64,000 nucleotides of DNA from a virus (lineage: Duplodnaviria; Caudoviricetes), in the IMG/VR virus record IMGVR_UViG_3300028485_000003, positions 2,247 through 66,246 of that record. One strand, 5' to 3'. The translations under genes and the position numbers were made by a program. The notes beneath the pieces are model-generated. The model made no database searches, had not been told where the DNA came from, and worked only from the letters and a program-made list of their open reading frames with translations. The first letter of the stretch is position 1; each line of letters opens with the position of its first letter. Of this stretch, positions 15,776 to 25,333 are shown piece by piece.

Positions 15776-18574
15776 TCAGGTGCCGAAGCGGCCCAGGTCG
15801 AACTGGCCCTGTGTCGGATGGTCGAAGATGAACACCGCGTCCGGGTCATCGGCGGCGGTCGGGTCGAACACGCCGTCGTCGAAGCCCAATCCGGCCACGT
15901 CGAACGTGAACGGGTTCGGCGGCACGATCAGGCCGGTGCGCTCGCAGCCCAGCGTGGCGTAGTGGACGCGCTGCTCGCAGTCCACGGTCTCCTGCTCGGT
16001 GGAGGGCATGCGGGCGATGGTGTGCTCGATGCTCTCCACGTGGAAGCCTGCGTTCAGGCCGAGCTCACCGTGGGAGATGGTGATCAGGTCGGAGATGGTG
16101 CGGGTCAGGATCTGCAGCAGGTGCTCCTCGTCGGAGGACACCAGCCGCAGCTGCACCGTCGGCCGGCGCTGCGCGTAGTGGGCCAGCAGCAGCAGAGCGA
16201 CCGCGTAGGCGTCGTGGGTGCCGGACCAGGGGGCGTCGTTCGGGTTGGAGCGCTGGCCGTGGCGTTGGATGGACACCGAGTCGGAGGCGCTGACCTTGGT
16301 GGTGCGCGGGGAGGGGATCGCGCGGGCGCGCAGGGCAATGCGGGTGATGGTGACGGTCCCGCCGACAGCGGTGATGCTGATGGTGGTGGACTGGCCGGAC
16401 GTGCGGGTGATGGCTGCGGCGACGGTCCCGACGCCGTGATACAGGATGTCGGTTCCGGCGACAGGGGTGATGGCCTCCCGGAACGGATCGGATGCTTTGG
16501 CCTGGATCTGGATGCTCTGGCCGAGGGCGAGGGTCAGGGTGTCGGTGCTCTCCCACACCACGTCCGGGTTGGGGTCGGGGCGGCGTTCGTCGATGTCGAA
16601 GGAGACGTCGTTGACGATGTCGCGCCAGCCGTGGGAGTAGCCGAACGGCGGCAGGAACGACAGGCCCGTCACCGGCGGGGCGGTGCAGTCGACTTCCTGC
16701 GCAGCGAACGCGGCCTGCGGGGTCAGCGACGCCGGCCGCTGGAGGCGGTGGTGTCGGTCGCGGAAGACGAACGTGCCGTCCGGGCTCACGTAGGCGATGG
16801 AGGGCGGGCCCTCGGACTCGAGGAGGTCGGTGAGGGCCTGGAAGGCGTCGGTCTCCTCCAGCCACCACCACGGCACGAACGTGGCGCCGAGGTCGATGTC
16901 GCGGGGGAGGGTCCAGCCGATGGTGTCGAGGATGATGTCGATGAGGATGCCGGTGCGCTGCGCCTCGTACAGCTCGGTGCTGATTTTCGTGCCTTGGAGG
17001 AGTGCGAGGAGGTCGAGGGCAGTGATGTCGATGCTGCGGTTGTCGCGGTCGGGGTGGACGTCGAGGTCGTCGACGCGGCCCACGAACAGCGGGTACAGCA
17101 CGTCGTCGTAGACGGTTTCGACGACGACGGGGGCGGCCGGGCTCATGTCGTCAGCGATCGGCGACTCCGCATTCTCCGGGCTGTAGATGCGGTCCGCGTT
17201 GCACAAGGTCATCGCCAGGGAGCCCACCTTGGGTGGGGCGAGCTGGCGTGCCTGGTCGCGGCCGTACCCGAAGGTGACCGGTCCTCGTTGGAGGACATCG
17301 CTGGTGACGTCGTCATGCGGTCCGTCGAAGTCGCCGTCCGCCACCCAGTCGACGGCCACTGTGTAGCCGGGCGGCAGGACAGGGGTGACGTTGAAGTCGT
17401 CGAAGTAGGCGTAGTCGCTGGAGGCGGGGCCGCCGGTGACGAGCGGCGTGCAGTGCGCCAGCAGCTGCACGGAGAGGTTGTTCTGCGCCGTCCAGGCCGG
17501 GGCATCCTCCGCATGCTGGGTGGTCCACTCCCGGCCGTCGGGGCTGGTCTCCCAGGACAGGATCGACGCGGACTCCCGGATCCGCAGCCACGCGTGCGCG
17601 ACCGGATCGTAGGGCACCGTGTCGGCGTTCTCGTCGATGTAGTTCTCGTGGACGGCCATCAGCAGCAGGTTCGTCGCGGCGTCCACCTCGAACACGATCT
17701 GCGTGCCGGTCACATCGGACAGGACGAGGAGTTGGGCGTAGGCCTCCAGATGGCCCGGCCCGGGCGGCGGCGTCAGGTGGACGCGGACCTCGGAGTCCTG
17801 GAGACGGTAGATGTCCGCGGAGGCGTAGGCGGCGAACCCTTCGTCGCAGGGCACGCGGGCGCGGCCGTCGGGCTGGTCGGGGAGCGTCCCGCTCGGTGCG
17901 GTGTTGTAGTTGTTCGGCCACTTCCCGGTGTCGACCGTGGGTGCGGTGAACGTGTCGGTGAGGTCGGTGAACACCGCCGTCGACGGGGTCGGCGTGACCG
18001 GCAGGTTGAAGTTGTCGAACTCCGCCACATCCGGCGTACCGCCGTCGCGGTGGGAGATGAGCTGGACCTCCAGGTCCGCGTCCCCCACCCACGACGGCGA
18101 GGTGGCGGCCCGCTGCTCCGTCCACGTCTCCCCGTCGCCGCTGGTGTCCCAGTACAGGGTGCCCGACTCCTCCCGGATGCGGAGCCACCGGTGCTCGTCC
18201 GGGTCGTAGGTCAGCGTTTCGGCGTCCGGGTCGAAGTAGCTCGCGCGGACGGCCATGTTCAGCAGCCCCGACACCGCGTTCACCTCGATGATCGCGTCGG
18301 TGCCCGCCGTCGAGGAGGTGACGAGGAGCTGCGCCCACGCCTCCGCCGCCGCACCCCCGGCCGCCGGCGGGTACATCTCCACCAGCGCGTAGGAGTCGGC
18401 GAGGGTGTAGGAGCCGCCGCTGGCGAACGCCGCGAACCCCGTGTCGCACGGCACCTGCGCGCGGCCGCCGGCCTCGGTGGGTGCGGCGCCTGCGGTGTTG
18501 TAGTTCGACGGCCACTTGGCCGCGTCGACGGTGCCGTCGTCGAAGTCATCGGTGAGGGTGTCCAGCAGTGCCAT
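15776..18574 (-). CDS. Large minor tail protein with two tandem N-terminal beta-sandwich domains
   Basis: Follows tape measure gene; two ~190-aa repeats (KWPSNYNTA.../KWPNNYNTA...) then tail hub-like region. Confidence 0.8.
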   Translation of the reverse strand: MALLDTLTDDFDDGTVDAAKWPSNYNTAGAAPTEAGGRAQVPCDTGFAAFASGGSYTLADSYALVEMYPPAAGGAAAEAWAQLLVTSSTAGTDAIIEVNAVSGLLNMAVRASYFDPDAETLTYDPDEHRWLRIREESGTLYWDTSGDGETWTEQRAATSPSWVGDADLEVQLISHRDGGTPDVAEFDNFNLPVTPTPSTAVFTDLTDTFTAPTVDTGKWPNNYNTAPSGTLPDQPDGRARVPCDEGFAAYASADIYRLQDSEVRVHLTPPPGPGHLEAYAQLLVLSDVTGTQIVFEVDAATNLLLMAVHENYIDENADTVPYDPVAHAWLRIRESASILSWETSPDGREWTTQHAEDAPAWTAQNNLSVQLLAHCTPLVTGGPASSDYAYFDDFNVTPVLPPGYTVAVDWVADGDFDGPHDDVTSDVLQRGPVTFGYGRDQARQLAPPKVGSLAMTLCNADRIYSPENAESPIADDMSPAAPVVVETVYDDVLYPLFVGRVDDLDVHPDRDNRSIDITALDLLALLQGTKISTELYEAQRTGILIDIILDTIGWTLPRDIDLGATFVPWWWLEETDAFQALTDLLESEGPPSIAYVSPDGTFVFRDRHHRLQRPASLTPQAAFAAQEVDCTAPPVTGLSFLPPFGYSHGWRDIVNDVSFDIDERRPDPNPDVVWESTDTLTLALGQSIQIQAKASDPFREAITPVAGTDILYHGVGTVAAAITRTSGQSTTISITAVGGTVTITRIALRARAIPSPRTTKVSASDSVSIQRHGQRSNPNDAPWSGTHDAYAVALLLLAHYAQRRPTVQLRLVSSDEEHLLQILTRTISDLITISHGELGLNAGFHVESIEHTIARMPSTEQETVDCEQRVHYATLGCERTGLIVPPNPFTFDVAGLGFDDGVFDPTAADDPDAVFIFDHPTQGQFDLGRFGT

Positions 18575-21500
18575 CAGGCGATCGCCTTCCGCAGCGAGGT
18601 GGGCAGCCGGCCGGTGCGCGCCAAGTTGTCGAGGGACTTGGCGAGCCAGTCCTGCATCTGGATCTGGGAGCCGATGACGCCGTGGTTCTCGACGACGACG
18701 GTGATGTTGGTGTCGCCGACCGGCGCGGACGCGCTGCTGCCCGAGCGGAGGCCGGAGCCGAGGGTGCCGCGCGGGATCTGCCGTCGGTTGAGTGCGGCCA
18801 TGGTGGGCACGCCGTAGTAGGCCACGGCGGCGTTGCTCATCATGAACTCGCGGTTGGAGGCGAGGATGGGCACGCTGTCCGAGGTGGACGTGCCGGGCCC
18901 CGTGATGAGTCCGCCGGACGCGTACTTGCCGTACCGGCCGTACTTGCCGAAGTTGCCCCAGTCGCCGAAGTTCCGGCCGTAGGGGTTGCCCTTCCAGATC
19001 TGGGCGATCATGTCGTGGAAGCGGCCCACGTTGGCGGACATGCCCTTGTAGGTCATGTCCTCGAAGACCTTCTTGCCGGACTTCACCGCCTTCTTGATCT
19101 CGTTCACCGCAGCCCAGAACCCATCGGCCACCCGCATCTGCTGGGCGCCGAAGTTCTTCGACATGCCCTGGAACGAGACGTCCTCGAACAGCAGCGAGCC
19201 CTTCTTCGACCAGCGGCCGGAGTCCACCAGCCGCTGCAACTCCGCGACCGCAGCCGTGAAGCCCGTCCGCGGCGCGCTGCCCTTCCCCCCGCCGCCACCA
19301 CCGCCGGCCGACCCGCCGGCCGCCGCGGTCACCTTCTTCGCCACCGCCGCAACCTTCGGCATCGCCGCCTGCAGCCCCGCGACCAGACCCCGGCCGATGT
19401 CCCGGCTCAGCGCATCCACCGTCGACGCCGCCAGCGCGCGCGCCCGCTCCGCCGCCGCCGTCATCGTCGACCGCATCATCGACACCACCGCCGAAGCGAT
19501 GCTGCTCATCGAGCCCATGCCGGCCGCGCTGCTCGTGGTGCCCGTCTGGAGGCGGCCCTCGTTGATGGCGCGCAGGATCGGCAGGTACTGACGCGTCCTC
19601 CGGGCGTTGATGACGAACTCGTTCTTCGACAGCCACGGCGCGTACACGCTGTCCGACGTCTCCGTGCCCGGACCGTCGACGAGGCCGCCGTCGGCGTAGC
19701 CGCGGTGCTTGAAGCCGCTGCCGGTGTACAGGCCGCCGGTGGCGCCGACAATGTCGTGCACCGACCGGTAGGTTTTCGACCGGTTGATGATCTCGTTGAT
19801 CGTCTTGACGGTGTGCGTGGTGTACGTCCGCGCCGTCTTCCCATTCAGCCGGTTCAGCGCCGACGACACCGCACCGATCGAGCCGATCGCCTGCCCGTTC
19901 GCCGTGGTCACCTTCGTCCGGCCGTCGGGCAGCCGCTCCGTCTTGTAGCCCACCGCTTCCAGCGCTTTGATCGCCGCCGCGTTCAGCGTCGTCACCGTGA
20001 TCGACTTCGCCTTGGGCGTCTTCCGGATCTCCGCCTGCACCTGCTGCAGTCCGGTGATCGCGTCCGCGCGTTCCGCCTTGACCAGCGTCTTGATCTCGCC
20101 CGGCGTTCCCAACAGGGTGTTGATGTACTCCTGGGCCTTCCGCTTGTTCCCGTCGAATGCGTCCAGGGCCAGGCGCATCATCGACTCGCGGAGCTTGTCG
20201 CTCTTGCCGGTCATCGAGGCCAGCGACTCGTTCGCTGCGACCCCGTTGGCGATGAGTTCGTCCCGGGCTTTCGCGGCGGCCGACATGGCGTCGCGGTTGG
20301 CGCGGCCCGCCTCCGTGTTGGCCGAGAGGGTGGCGCCGTTTTCCTTGAACGAGGCGTTGAGCGCGTCGACACTCTCCCCGAAGCGGGTCTGCGCGTCGTG
20401 CGCACTGCGGTTGACGTCGTTCAGCGCGACGATCGCCTCGCGCAGTCCGTCCGCGTTGACCTTCTGCGCGGCCAACTTGGCGGACGTCGCCTGGGCCTGC
20501 TCCCCGAAGGAGCCCATCGCGCGGGCGGCGATCTCCAGCTCCGACCTGTGCGCGTCCAGGGCGTCGTTGTACTCGTCCATCTGGCCACGGAACTTCGCCT
20601 GCTCGTCGGCGTTGCCCGAGTACTTCTGCGCGAGGATGTCGAGGGCGGCGCCCGCCTCCTTGATCTTTCCGCCCTGCACCAGGTTCGTGAGGCTGTCATC
20701 GATCGCGTCGAGGGCCTGCTGCGCGTTCGAGCTCGCGGTCGAGTTGACCTGCCCGAGCGTCAGGATCTTGACGAAGCCGTTCTGCACCTGGTCCGCGAAC
20801 GAGGGGTCGGTGATGTTGCGGACCTTGTCGTACAGCTGATCCAGGTCTTCTCCGAACGCCTTCGCCGCCTCACCGGACACCTTCCCCGACGAGCCCAGCC
20901 TGCCCAGCGACGTCGTCAGCCGGTCCACATCCGGCGGCGCGGTCTTCCCGATGTCCGCCAGCTTCGCCAGACCGATCACCAGCAGACCGATACCCGTCCC
21001 CGCCAGGCCGATCTTCGCCGCCCGCGACAGAGCACCGATCGCCGCCGTCACCCGGCCGACCCGCCCGGACGCCGTACTCGACGCCGCACCCATCGCCGTC
21101 ACAGCAGCACCGATCGCCGCGACCCGGCCGGACACCATCGCCGCACCGGCCGCCGCCAAGGAGACCGCCTTGATGGCCAGCGCCAGCTGCAGCATCGTCG
21201 TGAGGACCTCGGGCGGGATCGCCGCCGCCACACCCGCCAGCGCGTTCACCAGCGTGAGCAGACCAGGGCCGGCGTTCGCTGCCGCCTCGAGGATGTTCCC
21301 CACGGCCTCACCCAGCTTGGACAGGGTGTCGGAGACCAGCGGCCCATTCTCCCGCGCGTACTCCATGAACGCGCTGATACCGCCGGACACCTGCCCGGAC
21401 TGCATGCTCGTCACGAATCGGATCAGGCCATCGTTCGCCCGCTCCAACACGCCGGTGGAGAACTCGGCGAACGACTCCATGAACCGGTCGAAGCCCGGGG

Positions 21501-22605
21501 AGGCGATCCCGCCGGCGGCGATCGTCACGAACCGGTCCAGCTGCGCGCCCGCCCCCCGCACCACCGGCGTCAACTTCGGGAACAGCGCCCCGAACGTCTG
21601 GAACGCCTTCGTCGCCACCGGCATCGTGCTGTCCGCCAGGCTGTCCGACCACTCGCGGTACTGGTCCTTCATCGACGACAGGGCCGCGGCCGCCCGCTGT
21701 GTCGGCGCGGGCATATCCGCCACCGTCCGCGCGTAGGCGAGCTGCGCCTGCCCGGCCTCCTTCGACCCGGCCCCGTGCTCGCGGATCGCCTCGTTGTACT
21801 TCTTCTCCGCCTCCGACGCGTCAGACAGCGCGGACACCTGCCCGGCCAGGGCGGCGGCGAACACCGTCACCGCGGCCCCTGCGGCGCCCACGGAGGCGGC
21901 GATCGGCAGGGCCTGCGCGGCGATGGGGACCAGCGCAGGGCTCAGCAGGAGAGCGGCCCGAACCAGTCCCCTGACTGCGCCGGACGCTGCACCGGCCCCG
22001 GCGCTGAGGGTGCCGAGCCGTCCACGGAGCCCGCCCATGCCGGCCCCGGTGCGGCGGATCGACCCGTCGAGGTCGTCCATCTCCCCGCGCAGGGTGCGGG
22101 CGGCGGCACCGAGGGCGACGAGCGCGGCGGTGGCGGTGGTGGCGCGGGTGGCGAGCGTCCCCAGAGCGCGGGCGGTACCGCGGGCGGCCTGCTGCAGGTC
22201 GCGCAGCGCGGAGGAAGCGTTGGCGATGGCGACCGGGTCGACGTCGACGCTGGTGTCGATACGGATGGGGCCCAGGCGCTGGAGCCGGGCGACGGTGGTC
22301 TGGACGGTGCGGGCGCCGCGGCGGGTGCCGTCGACGATCTGTACAGGGATCCGGACCGGGCCTGCGCTTTGGAGGCTGGTGATGGCGGCGCGGGCGGCGC
22401 GGGCGCCTGTGCTGGTCTGGTCGTCGACGGTGACGGCGACTGATGTGCCGCGCAGGCTACGGAGGGCGGCGGCGGTCTGGGTGACGCGTCGTTCGACGGT
22501 GCGCAGTGCGCTGTCGGCCTGGGTGGAGAAGCGGCGGATCTGCCGGACGGCCGTGGCCGTGGGCATGTCGACGCGGATGCTGGCGGTGCCGATCAGGTCA
22601 GCCAC
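18574..22605 (-). CDS. Tape measure protein
   Basis: 1343 aa, Ala/Gly-rich helical, after tail chaperones; GGLVDGPGTETSDSV motif. Confidence 0.9.
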   Translation of the reverse strand: MADLIGTASIRVDMPTATAVRQIRRFSTQADSALRTVERRVTQTAAALRSLRGTSVAVTVDDQTSTGARAARAAITSLQSAGPVRIPVQIVDGTRRGARTVQTTVARLQRLGPIRIDTSVDVDPVAIANASSALRDLQQAARGTARALGTLATRATTATAALVALGAAARTLRGEMDDLDGSIRRTGAGMGGLRGRLGTLSAGAGAASGAVRGLVRAALLLSPALVPIAAQALPIAASVGAAGAAVTVFAAALAGQVSALSDASEAEKKYNEAIREHGAGSKEAGQAQLAYARTVADMPAPTQRAAAALSSMKDQYREWSDSLADSTMPVATKAFQTFGALFPKLTPVVRGAGAQLDRFVTIAAGGIASPGFDRFMESFAEFSTGVLERANDGLIRFVTSMQSGQVSGGISAFMEYARENGPLVSDTLSKLGEAVGNILEAAANAGPGLLTLVNALAGVAAAIPPEVLTTMLQLALAIKAVSLAAAGAAMVSGRVAAIGAAVTAMGAASSTASGRVGRVTAAIGALSRAAKIGLAGTGIGLLVIGLAKLADIGKTAPPDVDRLTTSLGRLGSSGKVSGEAAKAFGEDLDQLYDKVRNITDPSFADQVQNGFVKILTLGQVNSTASSNAQQALDAIDDSLTNLVQGGKIKEAGAALDILAQKYSGNADEQAKFRGQMDEYNDALDAHRSELEIAARAMGSFGEQAQATSAKLAAQKVNADGLREAIVALNDVNRSAHDAQTRFGESVDALNASFKENGATLSANTEAGRANRDAMSAAAKARDELIANGVAANESLASMTGKSDKLRESMMRLALDAFDGNKRKAQEYINTLLGTPGEIKTLVKAERADAITGLQQVQAEIRKTPKAKSITVTTLNAAAIKALEAVGYKTERLPDGRTKVTTANGQAIGSIGAVSSALNRLNGKTARTYTTHTVKTINEIINRSKTYRSVHDIVGATGGLYTGSGFKHRGYADGGLVDGPGTETSDSVYAPWLSKNEFVINARRTRQYLPILRAINEGRLQTGTTSSAAGMGSMSSIASAVVSMMRSTMTAAAERARALAASTVDALSRDIGRGLVAGLQAAMPKVAAVAKKVTAAAGGSAGGGGGGGKGSAPRTGFTAAVAELQRLVDSGRWSKKGSLLFEDVSFQGMSKNFGAQQMRVADGFWAAVNEIKKAVKSGKKVFEDMTYKGMSANVGRFHDMIAQIWKGNPYGRNFGDWGNFGKYGRYGKYASGGLITGPGTSTSDSVPILASNREFMMSNAAVAYYGVPTMAALNRRQIPRGTLGSGLRSGSSASAPVGDTNITVVVENHGVIGSQIQMQDWLAKSLDNLARTGRLPTSLRKAIA

Positions 22606-22981
22606 CGAGGCTCACTCCCATCGCAGCGAGGAAGGACTGGGATGCGTCCTCGGCTCCGGTCCACCACCAGGGCGCTCCGTCGTCGGGTGTCTGCTGCACG
22701 GGCCGGCGTTCGCGGCCGGGGGTGGCCCATGCCGAGACGCCGAGGTCGGCGTCGAACTTGGCGCGCGCCTGTTCCTCGGTCTGGCCGTCTCGGATGATCA
22801 GCCGCTGCAGCATTTCGAAGTAGATCGCGTTCAGGAAGCGGTCTGCGGGGAGGGCTGCGAGGTCGACTCCTCGGGCTGTGTACTCTCCGTCGAGCTGGTG
22901 CCAGACTCCGGGCTCGCAGGCCCATCCGACGAGGGCTGCGACGGCTGTGTAGGGCGCATGCCGTACTCCTCCAGCAGCCAC
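22598..22981 (-). CDS. Tail assembly chaperone, frameshift extension
   Basis: ORF in -1 frame overlapping the end of the chaperone; LPADRFLNAIY; no clear start of its own. Confidence 0.65.
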   Translation of the reverse strand: MAAGGVRHAPYTAVAALVGWACEPGVWHQLDGEYTARGVDLAALPADRFLNAIYFEMLQRLIIRDGQTEEQARAKFDADLGVSAWATPGRERRPVQQTPDDGAPWWWTGAEDASQSFLAAMGVSLGG

Positions 22982-23313
22982 AGGACGACGTCGCCCATCT
23001 GATCGTCGTCGATGGGGTTGGCGTGGTCCTTGAGCCGTGCGGCGAACCGCTCGTAGGAGTCGGGGAGGAGTACCAGGGAGAGGGCGTGCTTCAGCGCGTC
23101 GTGCGTCTGCTGGTAGTCGTCGGTTTCGGCGCGGCCGTTGTAGGTGGTGATGAACTCGGCGAAGACGTCGCCGGGGATGACGGATGCGGCTGTGAAGGTG
23201 TCGGTGTCGATGGTGAAGTCGAGGCGCTTGCGCTTCTTGGTGAAGTCACGGGCCGCCGGTGGGGCAGGCGGTGTGGGCGCGATGCCGTTCGGGGACGTGA
23301 GGAGGTCGGTCAT
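22831..23313 (-). CDS. Tail assembly chaperone
   Basis: Position before tape measure; ...LLEEYGMRPT then low-complexity tail. Confidence 0.75.
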   Translation of the reverse strand: MTDLLTSPNGIAPTPPAPPAARDFTKKRKRLDFTIDTDTFTAASVIPGDVFAEFITTYNGRAETDDYQQTHDALKHALSLVLLPDSYERFAARLKDHANPIDDDQMGDVVLWLLEEYGMRPTQPSQPSSDGPASPESGTSSTESTQPEESTSQPSPQTAS

Positions 23314-23320
23314 GCGGGTG

Positions 23321-23353
23321 ACGGTAGGTTCGCCCCGCGCATGATCGTTCCGG
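23321..23353 (-). promoter_or_regulatory. Putative late promoter (leaderless)
   Basis: CCGGAACGAT-N17-TACCGT-N7-ATG(23313). Confidence 0.7.
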
Positions 23354-23355
23354 AG

Positions 23356-23733
23356 CTACAGGGCGGCGGGCAGCGCCTTGTTGAGAAAATCATTGGCCTG
23401 GGTGCCTGGATGATTTACCAGCTTGGCGAAGACGACCCGGCCGCCCACGGTGAAGCGGAGCGCCTTCTTCGTGCGGGGCCGGATCTGGTGCGGGCGGGTC
23501 CCGTTGATGACGTAGCCGACGGCAGGGTGCCGGACCGTGATGTCCGCCGAAGGCCCGTCGGCGCTGCGTTGCACGATCGGTGGGGCGATGCGTTCGCTCA
23601 TGCTGCCGGGTGCGAACTGGCGGGCGCGTGCGGCGGTGCGGTCGGCGCGTTGCTGGCAGTTCCGGCCGACCGTGCCGGTGGGGCTGTTGAGCATGTGGTT
23701 CACGGCTGCCCAGTCGATACGGAGGATCGCCAT
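23356..23733 (-). CDS. HK97 gp10-like head-tail completion protein
   Basis: VINGTRPHQIRP...VNHPGTQANDFL. Confidence 0.7.
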   Translation of the reverse strand: MAILRIDWAAVNHMLNSPTGTVGRNCQQRADRTAARARQFAPGSMSERIAPPIVQRSADGPSADITVRHPAVGYVINGTRPHQIRPRTKKALRFTVGGRVVFAKLVNHPGTQANDFLNKALPAAL

Positions 23734-23734
23734 G

Positions 23735-24253
23735 TCAGTTCCTCATCAGGGAGACGAGGGCGCGGAGTTCGGTGCCGACACAGCCGCCCTGCGGACCCTG
23801 GGTGACCTGCGGCCGGATGAGGTAGTCGGCGATGTCTCGGACCTCGTTCATCTCGCACAACTCCAGGGAGACGGCGAGCAGGGTCTCGTGGGCGTCGCGG
23901 GCGACCTGCTGGGCGGAGGCGTCGAGGGCGGCCGTGGTCGGGTAGAGGCTCTGGCCTTCGGCGTTCGGGGCGCAGCGGATGACCTGGACGACGACCTCGG
24001 CGACCTCCCATGGGGCCTGGCAGGCACCGAAGGGCGTGGCCTGCGGGGCGGGGAACGTCTCGGACGGGTACACCTGGGCGACGCTGACGGCGAGCATGCC
24101 GCAGTCGCAGGCGTCCCAGGCGATGGCGCCGGGGACGACGCCGTGCCGGTCGGGGGTGTCGGTGAGCGCCTCGTAGACCGCGGTCTCCAAGCGGGAGGCG
24201 ACGGTGTACCACTTCAGCTCGCCGGTGATCACGTGCGCTCCGGCCAGTGCCAT
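23735..24253 (-). CDS. Putative tail terminator / neck protein
   Basis: Position and size (172 aa); WDACDCGMLAV. Confidence 0.55.
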   Translation of the reverse strand: MALAGAHVITGELKWYTVASRLETAVYEALTDTPDRHGVVPGAIAWDACDCGMLAVSVAQVYPSETFPAPQATPFGACQAPWEVAEVVVQVIRCAPNAEGQSLYPTTAALDASAQQVARDAHETLLAVSLELCEMNEVRDIADYLIRPQVTQGPQGGCVGTELRALVSLMRN

Positions 24254-24495
24254 GTGCCGCCCGTACGCACGCCCTCGGAGTGACGGCACCGCTGGTTGAA
24301 GAACATGCCCTCCGGGTTCAGCACGGCCAAGCCGACCTCCTCCGGGCCGTTCATGTTGGCCAGACTGCCGTCACCCTCGCTCGGGTGGACGGAGGTGATG
24401 ATGGCCGCCCGGCACTGCGAGGTGTATTCCCCGCCCGGGGTCCCATAGCTCACGTAGTGGACGATCCGCCCTACCGACGGCTTCTGCTCGCTCAT
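24229..24495 (-). CDS. Small conserved phage protein
   Basis: KPSVGRIVHYV...CRAAIIT...GTWHWPER. Confidence 0.65.
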   Translation of the reverse strand: MSEQKPSVGRIVHYVSYGTPGGEYTSQCRAAIITSVHPSEGDGSLANMNGPEEVGLAVLNPEGMFFNQRCRHSEGVRTGGTWHWPERT

Positions 24496-25322
24496 GTCCC
24501 TGTCCTCCGTACTGTCGGCCGGTCCACCCGGTACACCCGCGACCGCTGCCGCAGCCCCGCCGGATTCCACGTCGCCACGAACATATCCACCAGATACAGA
24601 CCCGTCCGGCCCTTCGCGAACAGCTCCCCGACGTCGGGATACGAGATCGTCACGCCCTGCCGCACCAGCTGCTGCACCCCAGCAGGCAGTCGGCAATCAC
24701 CCCCGTCGGCGGCCTTCGCGATCTCGCACGCCAGCTCGCCCATCGCCAGCGCCGCCCCATCCGGCACCGGCTCCCCGAACGAGGCGGTCACCGACCACGC
24801 GCCCTCGCCGGAGTCCACGGACAAGTCATTGCAGCGCGGCCAACTCGCCCCGTCCGTCCGCACCAGCAGCCGGTTGTTGTCCAGCCGGTACGCCGACGAG
24901 GAGAGGACCGCCCCATCGATGACTACCTCCGTCACCTCGTACACCGGCGCAGGCAGCCGCACCTCCGACACCGACGTGCACGAGCAGTCCGCGCACGACC
25001 CGCAGGTGAGGTTGAACCACAGGCCGCCGATCAGTGCGGGCTGCGGATACGAGCGCGCGCCCGTCCACGGCGGGCCGAAGTCGTCGTAGAAGCGGCCGTC
25101 GTCGCAGCCGGACGCGCACGGTCGCAGCGTCACCGAGCACAGCCCGAACCGCATCCCGGTCAAGGCCCACAGCGTCTCGGTCGCCATCGACACCGCCACC
25201 CCGGTCACCGCCGGGTTCAGCGTCGACAGGTCACACACCCACTGCACCGGCCAGTCCGCGCACGGCCCGGACATGCTCCCGGTGCCGGACGGCTGGCTGA
25301 CGATCGGATTGATGACCGGCAC
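24492..25322 (-). CDS. Putative head-to-tail adaptor
   Basis: ATETLWALTGMRFG...LACEIAKA...TGLYLVDMF; position after major tail gene. Confidence 0.6.
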   Translation of the reverse strand: MPVINPIVSQPSGTGSMSGPCADWPVQWVCDLSTLNPAVTGVAVSMATETLWALTGMRFGLCSVTLRPCASGCDDGRFYDDFGPPWTGARSYPQPALIGGLWFNLTCGSCADCSCTSVSEVRLPAPVYEVTEVVIDGAVLSSSAYRLDNNRLLVRTDGASWPRCNDLSVDSGEGAWSVTASFGEPVPDGAALAMGELACEIAKAADGGDCRLPAGVQQLVRQGVTISYPDVGELFAKGRTGLYLVDMFVATWNPAGLRQRSRVYRVDRPTVRRTGT

Positions 25323-25333
25323 GGCTTCCCCTT

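Noticed and set aside
15452-22443. Very long plus-strand ORFs (1121 aa, 1291 aa)
   Set aside because: Antisense shadows of the tail and tape measure genes caused by high-GC codon bias; no motifs or plausible starts
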